Shown here piece by piece: positions 8,827 to 17,913 of a stretch of 64,000 bases of DNA. Source of the DNA: Candidatus Nitrospinota bacterium M3_3B_026 (GTDB lineage Bacteria; Nitrospinota_A; UBA7883; JBPRGF01); assembly GCA_051418015.1 (NCBI GenBank), contig JBPRGF010000019.1:31408-95407 (forward strand). Reading direction: 5' to 3'. The translations under genes and the position numbers were made by a program. The notes under the pieces were generated by a model, which had not been told where the DNA came from, did no database searches, and saw nothing but the letters and a program-made list of their open reading frames with translations. How positions within the stretch are numbered: position 1 is the stretch's first letter; every line of letters begins with the position of its first letter.

Positions 8827-9159
8827 TCAGCCCTTCTGCACGAAGAACTGGTACACGCCTTCCTTTTCGCTGGATCCCAGAATCTTGTTGCCCGTCCGCT
8901 TGGACCATGCGGACATATCGCTGACCGAGCCGGGATCCGTCGCCAGCATCTCCAGCACCTGCCCGGAGGAGAGCTCGTTCATGGCCATTTTGACCCGCAA
9001 AATGGGCTCTGGACACGTAAGCCCCTTGCAATCAAGTGTTTTTGTCACATCCATACCCGCGCCTCCTTCGCCGGAGCTTTCCGCCTGTTCGGCGGCCGCG
9101 GTGGGTTTTTCCTCTTTTTTTTCCTCTTCCTTGGATTTCCCCCATCCGAAAAGAGCCAT
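8827..9159 (-). CDS. tusA: TusA-family sulfur carrier with N-terminal extension (alternative start at 9054)
   Basis: LDCKGLTCPEP (CPxP motif), GQVLEMLATDPGS..D...W. Confidence 0.88.
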   Translation of the reverse strand: MALFGWGKSKEEEKKEEKPTAAAEQAESSGEGGAGMDVTKTLDCKGLTCPEPILRVKMAMNELSSGQVLEMLATDPGSVSDMSAWSKRTGNKILGSSEKEGVYQFFVQKG

Positions 9160-9291
9160 AAACTTCTCCTTTATAAAATCAGGTTGCCTGGCCGAAAACG
9201 CGGGGTTCCCCAACTGTCAGCCGCAATTTCGCATGACCGGGATACATTATATTCCAGATGCTTTATAGATTCTAAGGAATCCGAATGGATT

Positions 9292-9331
9292 CACAAAGCG
9301 TCTCCGGGGGAGCGAAGCCCCCCACGGAGAC
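9292..9331 (-). terminator. Probable terminator of the flg-csrA-fliW operon
   Basis: Minus-strand GC-rich hairpin GTCTCCG.GGGGGGC-TTC-GCTCCCC.GGAGAC followed by GCTTTG (weak U tract). Confidence 0.45.
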
Positions 9332-9409
9332 TGACGGGGTGGGGGCAATAGCTTGAATTTTAAGTGAGACATTCCCCGCGAGTTTGCCCGGGCGGGTGGG
9401 GGAGGGCGG

Positions 9410-9859
9410 CTATCCGGCCATCGTGGCCGACTCGGTATTCTGTATGATTCTGTGCTTGGTGGTGTAACCGCCTTCGTTGTTAAGCATCTGCCTGGCGAGC
9501 TTCGTGGCCTTGTTCATGACCAGCGGCCCCTGCAGGTTGGCGGTCATCTGGTAGGGATCCTCCGGAATTGTGACAACGACGCGGACGGCCAGGTCCGAGA
9601 GTTTTTCGGCGTTGAGGCTTTTCATCTCCTCCCTGGAGAGGTTGACCCTGTAGTCCGGCATGAACAGCGCCGGATCCATGACGATGAACCCCAGGTTCGG
9701 CTCGTCCACCGCCTGCAAAAGCCTCAGGGGAGAGCCTTCCAGGAACTCAAGCTCCACGTACCGCTTATAATCGGGGAACCCTATTATCCCTTCGGGTAAG
9801 GTTATTATCCCCTCGGCGTCTATCTCGATCTCACCTGCGCGGGCGGATTTTATTCTCAT
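9410..9859 (-). CDS. fliW: Flagellar assembly factor FliW
   Basis: GIIGF, LQAVDEP.LGFIV.DP, MTANLQGPLVMN; lies next to csrA. Confidence 0.93.
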   Translation of the reverse strand: MRIKSARAGEIEIDAEGIITLPEGIIGFPDYKRYVELEFLEGSPLRLLQAVDEPNLGFIVMDPALFMPDYRVNLSREEMKSLNAEKLSDLAVRVVVTIPEDPYQMTANLQGPLVMNKATKLARQMLNNEGGYTTKHRIIQNTESATMAG

Positions 9860-10113
9860 CCTGTCTTCTCACCTTCTTCCGGCTTTTTCTTCGGGAACAC
9901 GCCCGCCAGCTTGTCCATGTTTATCGGCTCCAGGACGGCGGCGCGGCGGTTTTCCTCCTGTATTTTGGCGTAAACCTCCTCCCGGTGTATCGTCATGTTT
10001 CTGGGCGCTTCTATGCCAAGGCGCACCTGTCTGCCCTTGATGTCTATGACGGATATCTTGATGTCGTCGCCGATGGTGACGGACTCGCCCAGCTTCCTTG
10101 TCAGAACCAGCAT
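9856..10113 (-). CDS. csrA: Carbon storage regulator CsrA
   Basis: MLVLTRKLGESVTIGDDI...VRLGIEAP...IHREEVY..IQEENRRA. Confidence 0.97.
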   Translation of the reverse strand: MLVLTRKLGESVTIGDDIKISVIDIKGRQVRLGIEAPRNMTIHREEVYAKIQEENRRAAVLEPINMDKLAGVFPKKKPEEGEKTG

Positions 10114-10178
10114 CCGGAACCCTCCATGGTTTTCTCAGGCGTCCTGCGTCGCGGGCCATCCTAAAGCTCCTCTCCGGA

Positions 10179-11711
10179 TCAGATGAAATCCAGCAAGCTG
10201 GGCTGTATGATCGCCGCCGACGATTTCAACGTCGCCTGGTAGGCCGTCTGCAACATCGCAAGCTCGCTGGCCGACTCCACGAAATCGGCGTCCTCGACCT
10301 GTGATTTAAGCTTGGTGTTGTCGAACTTCGACTGCTCGACGGCCTCCCGGGTCGTGACGACCTGCCTCGCGCGCGACCCCACTTGCCCCCTCACGGAGCT
10401 GGTGTTTCCCATCGTGGAGCCGAGCAGGTCGATCGCGCCTAGTATAGCCGTTGTGTCGTCGGCTTTCAAGGCGGCGGAGAGCGTCTGGAGAACCGGTATG
10501 ACGTTTTGCCCTCCCCCTATCCCTAAAAGCTCCGCGGTGTCGCCCACGCCGGTCTCCTTCGCGAACGCGACGGTGTTCGGGTCTGTGGAGCTTACGGAAA
10601 GCTTCCTGCCGGAGGCGTCTATCGAGGCGGATACGTTGATCCCCGCGCCGGCGGCGTTTATGGAGGTTATGACGTCCTGGACAGTGGTGGCGCCGGCGAA
10701 GGAGACCGTGGCGGACGCGCCGCCGTTCACCAGGGTTATGTCGCTGAGGGTCATGCCGTCTCCGCCGTACAGGTCGCTTACCAGCGTGGAGCCTGTGACG
10801 TCCGGGTCAAGGTCGTCGCCGGTGAAGACGCTGGTGTTCCTGCTTCCTTCGATCCCGAGCGCCCCAGCCGTCCCGGCGCCGCCGTCAGTTATGGATAAAG
10901 CCTGGGTCGGCGTGGCGGTGGCGTCCGTCAGGACGAGGGCCGTCCCGTCGGAGGAGACGGAGGCGGTGACGTTCAGCCCGGAGGCGTTGATTGCCGATAT
11001 CACGTCCTCGACGTCGCCGGTGGCGGCCATGGCCGCGGTGACGGTGATGACGGCGGAGGCGCCGGCCCTGTCGGTGATCGTGAAATTGCCCGCCGGGACG
11101 CCGGAGCCGCCGTTCAGGCCGGAAAGGAGCGTCCCGTTGTTGGCGGAGGAGACGGCGGGGTTCATGTCCGTGGTCAGAAACTCCGAGGCGCGCACGGATA
11201 TGGGGATGGTCAGCCCGTCGGTTATCTCCGCCCTCATGTTCTTGCCGGAGCCGGCGTAGGCGCCATTGGCGTCGACGGCCTCCGCCTCCGAGCGCTGGCC
11301 GGAGAACAGGTACCGGTCTCCCACCCTGGTGTTGCCGGACTGGATCATCTGTTCGATCATGGTGTCGATCTCGTCGGCGGCGTTGAGCCTCGTCTGGGCG
11401 CTGGCGAGGCCCCCGGACTGCTGGAGGGTCAGCTCCTTGGCCCTCTTCAGGGCGTCATGGACGGAGCCTATGACCGAGTCCGCCGTGTTCAGAAACGACT
11501 CGGCGTTCTCCATGACCTTGAGGTACTGGCCGGACTGGCCTATGTCGGTACGGAACTTGAGGACCTCCATCATCCCCACGGGATCGTCGCTGGGCCTGTT
11601 TATGCGCTTGCCGGAGGAGATCTCCTCCTGCGCCTTCAGGAGCCCCTGGTTGTTGCGGAAGGCGTTTATCAGGGTGTTGTTGTACATCATCCGGTTGCTT
11701 ATCCGAAACAT
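10179..11711 (-). CDS. flgL: Hook-associated protein 3 (long form, 510 aa)
   Basis: ISSGKRINRPSDDPV, GDRYLFSG, YQATL...IIQPSLLDFI. Confidence 0.93.
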   Translation of the reverse strand: MFRISNRMMYNNTLINAFRNNQGLLKAQEEISSGKRINRPSDDPVGMMEVLKFRTDIGQSGQYLKVMENAESFLNTADSVIGSVHDALKRAKELTLQQSGGLASAQTRLNAADEIDTMIEQMIQSGNTRVGDRYLFSGQRSEAEAVDANGAYAGSGKNMRAEITDGLTIPISVRASEFLTTDMNPAVSSANNGTLLSGLNGGSGVPAGNFTITDRAGASAVITVTAAMAATGDVEDVISAINASGLNVTASVSSDGTALVLTDATATPTQALSITDGGAGTAGALGIEGSRNTSVFTGDDLDPDVTGSTLVSDLYGGDGMTLSDITLVNGGASATVSFAGATTVQDVITSINAAGAGINVSASIDASGRKLSVSSTDPNTVAFAKETGVGDTAELLGIGGGQNVIPVLQTLSAALKADDTTAILGAIDLLGSTMGNTSSVRGQVGSRARQVVTTREAVEQSKFDNTKLKSQVEDADFVESASELAMLQTAYQATLKSSAAIIQPSLLDFI

Positions 11712-11748
11712 CGCCTCACCTTCTTCGGTATCGGGGCCTTTTCAATTA

Positions 11749-11776
11749 ATATCGGAAAAAGGCGCGAAAAGGCTTA
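11749..11776 (-). promoter_or_regulatory. Internal sigma28-like promoter upstream of flgL-csrA-fliW
   Basis: Minus strand TAAG-N16-TCCGATAT in the flgK-flgL spacer. Confidence 0.5.
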
Positions 11777-11789
11777 GAGAAAGTTTCCG

Positions 11790-13481
11790 TCACCGCCCCA
11801 GCGCCACCAGCGTCTGCAACAGCTCGTCCAGCACGCCCACGAGGCGCGCGCTGGCCTGGTAGGCGTGCTGGTTTTTTATGAGGTTGACCATCTCCTCATC
11901 CAGCGACACCCCAGCCACCTGCTCGCGGCGGTTGTCCAGCTCGAAGTTTATAAGCTCCTGCTGGTTGTACGTGGAGTCGGCCTCCTTGGCCGACACGCCC
12001 ACCTGCCCCACCATGGAGTTGTAATACTCGGCGAAGGTGGCCGTGCCCGAGGCGGCGGCGGTGGCCTTGTTCATGGTCATCTCGCTCTGGACCTGGGCGA
12101 TCCTGAGGGCGTTGTCCCCGTCGCCCTGCGTTGTCGTAAGCCCGGCGGCCACCTTGTTCGGGTCGGTGACCAGGGCGCTGTTCACGGACATGTTGATGGA
12201 GGCGTCCTGTGCGGCGTTGACGGTGAAGGTGTCGCCGTCCTGCGGGGCGCCGGTGATGGCCACCTGGATCCCCTGTCCCAGGAAGTAGTTTATGTTATTG
12301 CCGGAAACATAGGCCTCGGTGGCCACGGTGGTCCCGTTGGACCGGTCCTGGATCACGAGGTTCCCGCCGTTATAGGTCACCTGGAACTTGTGCAGGTTCA
12401 CGTTCCCGGGATCGACTATCGTCCCCGTTCCGATGGCCCCCGTCCCCTGGTTGTCCCTGCCGTTGGAGACGCCGACGGAAAGTCCGGAGAAAAAGTCCTG
12501 CCCGGTGCTCCCGTCGAGGCCGAAACCCTCGCCGTGCAGGCTGTTTATGTCCCGAGCCATGGTGGCGGCGAGCAGGTCGAGCTTGTCGATATAGCCCGCC
12601 ACCTCGGTGTCGCGCATGTATATCCAGGACGCCATGGCCCCGTCCTGTATCTCGCTTGTTATGTCATAGCTGGTTCCGGAGGCGTCGTTCCAGTAGACGT
12701 CGCTCGCCAGGGGGTCGTCGGAGCGGACGCGGGTGGTCAGCTCGAAGGCGGTCTGCCCGATGACAAGCGGCCTGCCGCCTTTCATGGTGACCATCACCTC
12801 GTTGTTGGAGTCCTCCACCACGTTCACGTCCACGTAGCCGGAAAGCTCCCGGATCAGCGCCTCGCGCTTGTCGCGGAAGTCGTTGGCGTGGACGCCGAAA
12901 ACCTCGGTCTCGTGGATCATCTGGTTCATCCTGACGACCTCGGAGGAGAGGCGGTTTATCTCCGTGACCGTGGAGGTGACCTTGGTGTCCAGGTCCTCCC
13001 GCAGGTTTTTCATGTCCTGGTTGAGCTTGTTGAAGAACGTGGCCATGTTGCGCCCCTGGGATATGACGTCCGTCCGCTCTGTCAGGCCGCGGGGGTTGAA
13101 GGCCAGGTTGCGCCAGGAGAGGAAGAACTGGTCGAACAGGTTGTTCAGGCCCTTCTCGCTCGACTCGTTGAACACCACCTCCAGCCTGGAAAGGAAATCC
13201 TGCTTGGCGTCCCAGTAGGCCGTGGTGGAGCTGTTGGTCAGCCTCTGGCCCTCCAGGAACTGGTCGTAGTGACGGACGATCGACGTGGCGCGGACGCCGG
13301 TCCCTATCATCCCCGGAACGCCGCCGGGCTGTATGGGGAACGCCGCCTCCAGCTGGAGCTGCTGCCGGGTGAAGTCGGGGTTGTTGACGTTGGATATGTT
13401 CTGGCCCGTGACATCCAGGGCGATCTGGTGGGTCAGCAGGGACATCTTGGCGATGTTCAGCGCGCCGTATACGTTCGGCAT
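11790..13481 (-). CDS. flgK: Hook-associated protein 1
   Basis: TGQNISNVNNP.FTRQ, GTGV, AND.RD.R, GVSLDEEMVNLIK.QHAYQASAR. Confidence 0.95.
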   Translation of the reverse strand: MPNVYGALNIAKMSLLTHQIALDVTGQNISNVNNPDFTRQQLQLEAAFPIQPGGVPGMIGTGVRATSIVRHYDQFLEGQRLTNSSTTAYWDAKQDFLSRLEVVFNESSEKGLNNLFDQFFLSWRNLAFNPRGLTERTDVISQGRNMATFFNKLNQDMKNLREDLDTKVTSTVTEINRLSSEVVRMNQMIHETEVFGVHANDFRDKREALIRELSGYVDVNVVEDSNNEVMVTMKGGRPLVIGQTAFELTTRVRSDDPLASDVYWNDASGTSYDITSEIQDGAMASWIYMRDTEVAGYIDKLDLLAATMARDINSLHGEGFGLDGSTGQDFFSGLSVGVSNGRDNQGTGAIGTGTIVDPGNVNLHKFQVTYNGGNLVIQDRSNGTTVATEAYVSGNNINYFLGQGIQVAITGAPQDGDTFTVNAAQDASINMSVNSALVTDPNKVAAGLTTTQGDGDNALRIAQVQSEMTMNKATAAASGTATFAEYYNSMVGQVGVSAKEADSTYNQQELINFELDNRREQVAGVSLDEEMVNLIKNQHAYQASARLVGVLDELLQTLVALGR

Positions 13482-13496
13482 GATCTCCTCCCCGCT

Positions 13497-14015
13497 CTAA
13501 AACTTCCTGTTCACCACGCGGCCGGGCTTGAGCTTGCCGTTCGAGGCGCCGTTCCGGGCGTAGGTGGACTCCGGCGCTGCCAACTCCTGCAGCTTCAGCG
13601 CGGCCTGGTAGTTCAGCCTCATCAGGCGCTCCAAAAGGCCGCGGTTGAATTCGTTCATCTTGGTGACGCTCTCCACCTTGCCGCGCAGCAGGACGCGAAG
13701 GTCGAGGAGCCTGGCCCTGGTCTCTCCGGCCAGAAAATCGGATATCCCCGCTATCGTAAGCTCGTCCTCCGGCGTCCCGGTCTTTTCGGATATCCTCCGC
13801 AGAAGCCCCAGCCTGGCGCTGTCCAGGGCCTTTATCCTGGCGGCGACGCCGGTCTTGCTCCTCACGGCGGCGTCGAGGTCGTCGAGCGAATGGTTCTTTA
13901 TGGCGGCGCGCTCAGCCTCGAGGGCTTTTTCCATGCCCCCGTAGAGGTCGACGTTCAGCGCCAGCGTGTCAGCAAGCTCGCTGGCCAGATTCTTGATATC
14001 CTTGTCCGTTTTCAT
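13497..14015 (-). CDS. flgN: Flagellar export chaperone FlgN
   Basis: Helical protein with N..N..LL near the C-terminus, immediately upstream of flgK. Confidence 0.8.
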   Translation of the reverse strand: MKTDKDIKNLASELADTLALNVDLYGGMEKALEAERAAIKNHSLDDLDAAVRSKTGVAARIKALDSARLGLLRRISEKTGTPEDELTIAGISDFLAGETRARLLDLRVLLRGKVESVTKMNEFNRGLLERLMRLNYQAALKLQELAAPESTYARNGASNGKLKPGRVVNRKF

Positions 14016-14025
14016 CCTGGTTCTC

Positions 14026-14418
14026 TTATCGGCGTCCCGGCTCGCCGGCTGGAGGATTTTTTGGCCCGGAGCCGTCGTCCTCTAACGCTGGCATAAGCTG
14101 CGCCACCAGCGCCGAAGAGAGGCCGTCATGCTGGGAAAAGGCCATCTCCCGCGCCATCTTTTCGTCCAGCATGTCGGTGAATATCCTCTCGCCGGAACTT
14201 TCCTTTATAAGCCCGCTCTTTTCGACGGTGGACCTCATGCTCTTTATCATCTGGTGGAAAAGGATCGACTCGAACTCCTTCGCCAGCACCTCAAGCTTTT
14301 CCTTTTCCGAAATGCTCTTGTCGCCGGAGAGGGACTCCAGCTCCTTCAGGCCAAGCCCCCGGGACGCCTGACGGGGTTTCCCGGCGGCCTGAACGTTCCC
14401 CGCGGAGTTTATGTCCAT
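14026..14418 (-). CDS. flgJ: Rod-binding protein FlgJ (no muramidase domain)
   Basis: AKEFESIL..QMIKSMRSTV, IFTDMLDE..A; start taken at MDINSAG (14418). Confidence 0.88.
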   Translation of the reverse strand: MDINSAGNVQAAGKPRQASRGLGLKELESLSGDKSISEKEKLEVLAKEFESILFHQMIKSMRSTVEKSGLIKESSGERIFTDMLDEKMAREMAFSQHDGLSSALVAQLMPALEDDGSGPKNPPAGEPGRR

Positions 14419-14453
14419 AGCTTGCCTGTCCTTAGTCCTCGTCAAAGGGTGTA

Positions 14454-14469
14454 TGCAGGTTGGGCGCCG
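14454..14469 (-). promoter_or_regulatory. sigma54-type promoter upstream of flgJ
   Basis: Minus strand CGGCGC-CCAAC-CTGCA (GG-N10-GC). Confidence 0.5.
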
Positions 14470-14489
14470 AAAACGAAAAAACACCCCGG

Positions 14490-15671
14490 CTAGATGATCT
14501 CCAGCCTCGCGTCCAGCGCCCCTGCGGCTTTAAGTGTTTGAAAAATCGTTATTAAATCGTGCGGCGTAACCCCCATGGCGTTCAGCGCCTTCACCATATC
14601 TCCGATGTTCACCCCCGGGTCCATCATCATCACCCGGTCAGTTTTTCCTCCCAGCTCCTCCACCGTCAGCAGCGTCTTCGGCACGACCACCGTCTGTCCG
14701 GCGGAGAGGGGCCTGGGCTGGCTGACCTCCGCTTCCTCCTCGATCCGTATCGTCAGGTTCCCGTGGGAAATGGCCACGCGGGAGATTTTCACGTTCTCAC
14801 CGATAATGACGGTCCCCGTCTTCTCGTCCACGATGACCTTGGCCTGTGAGTCCGTCTCCACCTCGAGGCTCTCTATGGCCGCCACCAGCTCCACCTTTCT
14901 GTCGGAGTATTCCGGCGGCACGGAGACCCTGATGGTCCCGGAGTCCAGCGCCTTCGCCGTATCGGCGCCGATGGCGGTGTTTATGGCGTTGACGGCGCGC
15001 TGGGTGGTCGTAAAATCAGGATTGTTCACGGCCAGGGTAAGCTCCGTGACCTCCGAGAAATCGAACCCCACCTCTTTTTCCACCACCGCGCCGCCCGTTA
15101 TCCGCGCCACGGTGGGATGGTTTCTGGTGACGGAGGCTCGCCTCCCGCGCTCCGCGTAGGCGCCGCCGACGGAGACGGCCCCCTGGGCCACGGCGTAAAT
15201 CTCGCCGTTGGGCGCCTTCAGCGGCGTCAGGATGAGCGTGCCGCCCTTCAGGCTCCCGGCGTCGCCGAGGGAGGAGACGGTCACGTCTATGCGGCTGCCC
15301 TGCCGGGCGAAGGGCGGCAGGTCGGCGGTGACCATCACCGCGGCGACGTTCTCCACCCGGACGTCGCGCAGCTGGCGCACGTCCGACACCCCCAGCCTGG
15401 AGTCGACGAATTTCCGCACGTCCACCGTCGTGCCCATCCGCTCCAGCATCGAAAGCAGCGTCTGTATGGTGAAAGGGGTTTTGTAGGACTTGTCGCCGGT
15501 GTTCTGCAAACCCACCACGAGGCCGTAGCCGATCAGCTGGTTGGAGCGCACGCCCTCGATCGACGCGATGTCCTTCAGCCTTGCCGCCGAGGCTGGCAGA
15601 CCGGAAAAAAGCGCCGCCGCCAGGGCCGCCAAGAGCGCCGGGGCCATGATTTTCAATCCATTTCGCGTCAT
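14490..15671 (-). CDS. flgI: Flagellar P-ring protein
   Basis: RLKDIASIEGVRSNQLIGYGLVVGL, NVAAVMVTA.LPPF, SLKGGTL. Confidence 0.97.
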   Translation of the reverse strand: MTRNGLKIMAPALLAALAAALFSGLPASAARLKDIASIEGVRSNQLIGYGLVVGLQNTGDKSYKTPFTIQTLLSMLERMGTTVDVRKFVDSRLGVSDVRQLRDVRVENVAAVMVTADLPPFARQGSRIDVTVSSLGDAGSLKGGTLILTPLKAPNGEIYAVAQGAVSVGGAYAERGRRASVTRNHPTVARITGGAVVEKEVGFDFSEVTELTLAVNNPDFTTTQRAVNAINTAIGADTAKALDSGTIRVSVPPEYSDRKVELVAAIESLEVETDSQAKVIVDEKTGTVIIGENVKISRVAISHGNLTIRIEEEAEVSQPRPLSAGQTVVVPKTLLTVEELGGKTDRVMMMDPGVNIGDMVKALNAMGVTPHDLITIFQTLKAAGALDARLEII

Positions 15672-15684
15672 GAGACCGTCTCCA

Positions 15685-16329
15685 TCAGAAAGGCCACAGG
15701 CTTCCCAGCACCCTCGCCAGCCAGTTCGGCCGCCTGCCGCCGTCCATGCCCCCCGCGCCGGTGTACGTTATGTCCGCGTTGGCCATCTGGGAGGACAGGA
15801 GGGTGTTGTTGTAGGTTATGTCGTCCGGGCGCGCTATGCCGCGGACGATGATGTACTGTTCCTCGTCGTTTATCTTCATCCGCCGCTGACCTTCGATCAC
15901 CAGATTGCCGTTGGCCATCACCTCCCTGACGATGCAGCTTACCGTCGCCGAGAGCTGGTCGGACCGGCCCGTCTGGCCCGCGCCCTTGAACTTCACCCCG
16001 CCGCCGAGCTCCATCTCCGTCGGCGACGCCGCGCCGGTGTCGAGCTTGAGGGAGTTGTTGACGGAGTGTTCGTCGGTGGTGTTGGACTTGTTGATGGCCG
16101 TCGTCTTCTCCACCACGTGGACGGTCACGATATCCCCCACGCGGCTTGCCTTGTTGTCGGCGAAGAGCATGTTCTTCTTGCCCCCTCCGGGCCACAGGGA
16201 GCCTTTTTGGTAGGTCTGCTTCTCCGGCGGCGCCTCCACCTCCGGCCGCTCCGGGGGGGTGGTGGCGCACGCCGACAGGGCCAGGAGGGCCGCGGCGGCG
16301 AGGATCGCTCCGGCGTTTCGCATTCTCAT
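15685..16329 (-). CDS. flgH: Flagellar L-ring lipoprotein
   Basis: Lipobox LSAC; GSLW, D.KA..VGDIVTV, NGNLVIEG, C-terminal WPF. Confidence 0.95.
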   Translation of the reverse strand: MRMRNAGAILAAAALLALSACATTPPERPEVEAPPEKQTYQKGSLWPGGGKKNMLFADNKASRVGDIVTVHVVEKTTAINKSNTTDEHSVNNSLKLDTGAASPTEMELGGGVKFKGAGQTGRSDQLSATVSCIVREVMANGNLVIEGQRRMKINDEEQYIIVRGIARPDDITYNNTLLSSQMANADITYTGAGGMDGGRRPNWLARVLGSLWPF

Positions 16330-16340
16330 TTTTCCTTACC

Positions 16341-17078
16341 CTAAAACTCCACCCCCACCTCGCCGGGGCCTGTCACCCTCGCGTTGATGGTCTTGTTGGA
16401 GTCTATGTTCACGACGCGGATCCAGTCTCCCTCGTCGCCGTCCTGTCCCGCCCTGCCCAGGGCGGTTATCCTCATCGGCCCCGACGAGGCCACGATGGTC
16501 ACCACGTCCCCGGTCCGCACAAGCTTTGGGCTGGATAACCTGTTGGAAAGCAACGGGTTGCCCGCCCTGACGCTCACGTCAAGCTCCCTGCCGACGGCCT
16601 GGCCCAGGCTCGTGACGTAGCCTGAATATCCCGCGCCGGCCCTGATCCTTTCCAGCTCGACGTCGTCAGCCTTTATCACCTCGCCCCTCTTGAGGTCGCG
16701 GGAGGCGACGGCCACCTTCATGGAGACGGACGCCTCCGCCAGGACGTTGATCCTGGCGATGTCTTTGCCGCCCCTCCTGAACGTGGCGGTGACGAACACG
16801 CTGTTTCCCCGGCGGTTCTGGTCGGGTATTTGTATTTCGACCGCGTCGTAGCCCTCAGGCTCTTTGTATCGGTCCGGCACGACGGCTTTCACCTCCTCCA
16901 CCGTCCTGTCCGGGCCTGAAAGCTCCTCGTGGAGCTTTTTTTCTATCAGCGCGGAGAGGCGGGCGGCAAATTTTTCCCGCTCCGCTTTCTCCGACCCGCC
17001 CGCCGGGACGGGCGTGACGGCCAGGGCCGAGAGCGCGAGGAGGGCCGCAAGGGCCGCTCTCACCACGTATCCAGCCAT
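16341..17078 (-). CDS. flgA: P-ring assembly chaperone FlgA
   Basis: Signal peptide; SAF-like region; LVRTGDVVTI, GDWIRVVN..S. Confidence 0.92.
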   Translation of the reverse strand: MAGYVVRAALAALLALSALAVTPVPAGGSEKAEREKFAARLSALIEKKLHEELSGPDRTVEEVKAVVPDRYKEPEGYDAVEIQIPDQNRRGNSVFVTATFRRGGKDIARINVLAEASVSMKVAVASRDLKRGEVIKADDVELERIRAGAGYSGYVTSLGQAVGRELDVSVRAGNPLLSNRLSSPKLVRTGDVVTIVASSGPMRITALGRAGQDGDEGDWIRVVNIDSNKTINARVTGPGEVGVEF

Positions 17079-17097
17079 GATCTTTCCCCTTTTCTCA

Positions 17098-17886
17098 TCA
17101 GCGCTTCAGGTTCGACGCCTGCTGGAGCATCTCGTCCGAGGCCTGCACGGCGCGGGAGTTCACCTCGTAGCCGCGCTGGGCGATTATCATCTGCGTCAGC
17201 TCCTCCACCACGGAGACGTTTGACACCTCCAGGAAACCCTGCAGGATCGTGCCGAACTCGTTGTTTCCGGCCAGGCCCGTGATCGGGGGGCCGGAAGCCT
17301 CGGTCTCCTTGTACAGGCTCTTGCCCTCGGACAGCAGCCCGGCGGGGTTGACGAAGTTGGCAAGCTCTACCTGTCCCACCTCGTTAGGGGTGGCCGAGCC
17401 GGGCTGAAAGGCGCTGACCATACCTTCCCGGTCGATGCTGACGATCGTGGCGTCCTGTGGGATGGTGATGGACGGGTAGAGCGGATAGCCGTCGACGTTG
17501 ACTATCTGGCCGTTGCTGTCGAGCTTGAAGTCGCCCGCCCGGGAGTAGGCTATCGACCCGTCGGGTTTTTCTATCTGGAAGAAGCCCTTCCCTTCTATGG
17601 CCATATCCAGCTCGTTCTGGGTGTTCCTGAAATCGCCCTGCAAAAACATCTTCGTCACGCCGGCCGGCTTCACGCCGAGGCCGACCTGTATGCCGGTGGG
17701 GACCTGGTTGCCGGTGGAGGTGATGGTCCCCGGCGCGCGCAGGGTCTGGTAGAGCAGGTCCTGGAAATCCGCCCTGCTTTTCTTGAAACCCGTGGTGTTG
17801 ACGTTGGCCAGATTGTTGGCTATGACGTCCACGTTGAGCTGCTGGGCCACCATTCCCGTGGCGCCTGTGTATAGCGATCGGATCAT
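17098..17886 (-). CDS. flgG: Distal rod protein
   Basis: [60 protein letters not shown]. Confidence 0.97.
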   Translation of the reverse strand: MIRSLYTGATGMVAQQLNVDVIANNLANVNTTGFKKSRADFQDLLYQTLRAPGTITSTGNQVPTGIQVGLGVKPAGVTKMFLQGDFRNTQNELDMAIEGKGFFQIEKPDGSIAYSRAGDFKLDSNGQIVNVDGYPLYPSITIPQDATIVSIDREGMVSAFQPGSATPNEVGQVELANFVNPAGLLSEGKSLYKETEASGPPITGLAGNNEFGTILQGFLEVSNVSVVEELTQMIIAQRGYEVNSRAVQASDEMLQQASNLKR

Positions 17887-17913
17887 CTGCGTAAACCTCC
17901 AGTGAATCAGCCG

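Noticed and set aside
11865..14096. 743-aa plus-strand ORF
   Set aside because: Antisense shadow of flgK/flgN caused by high GC3; no motifs
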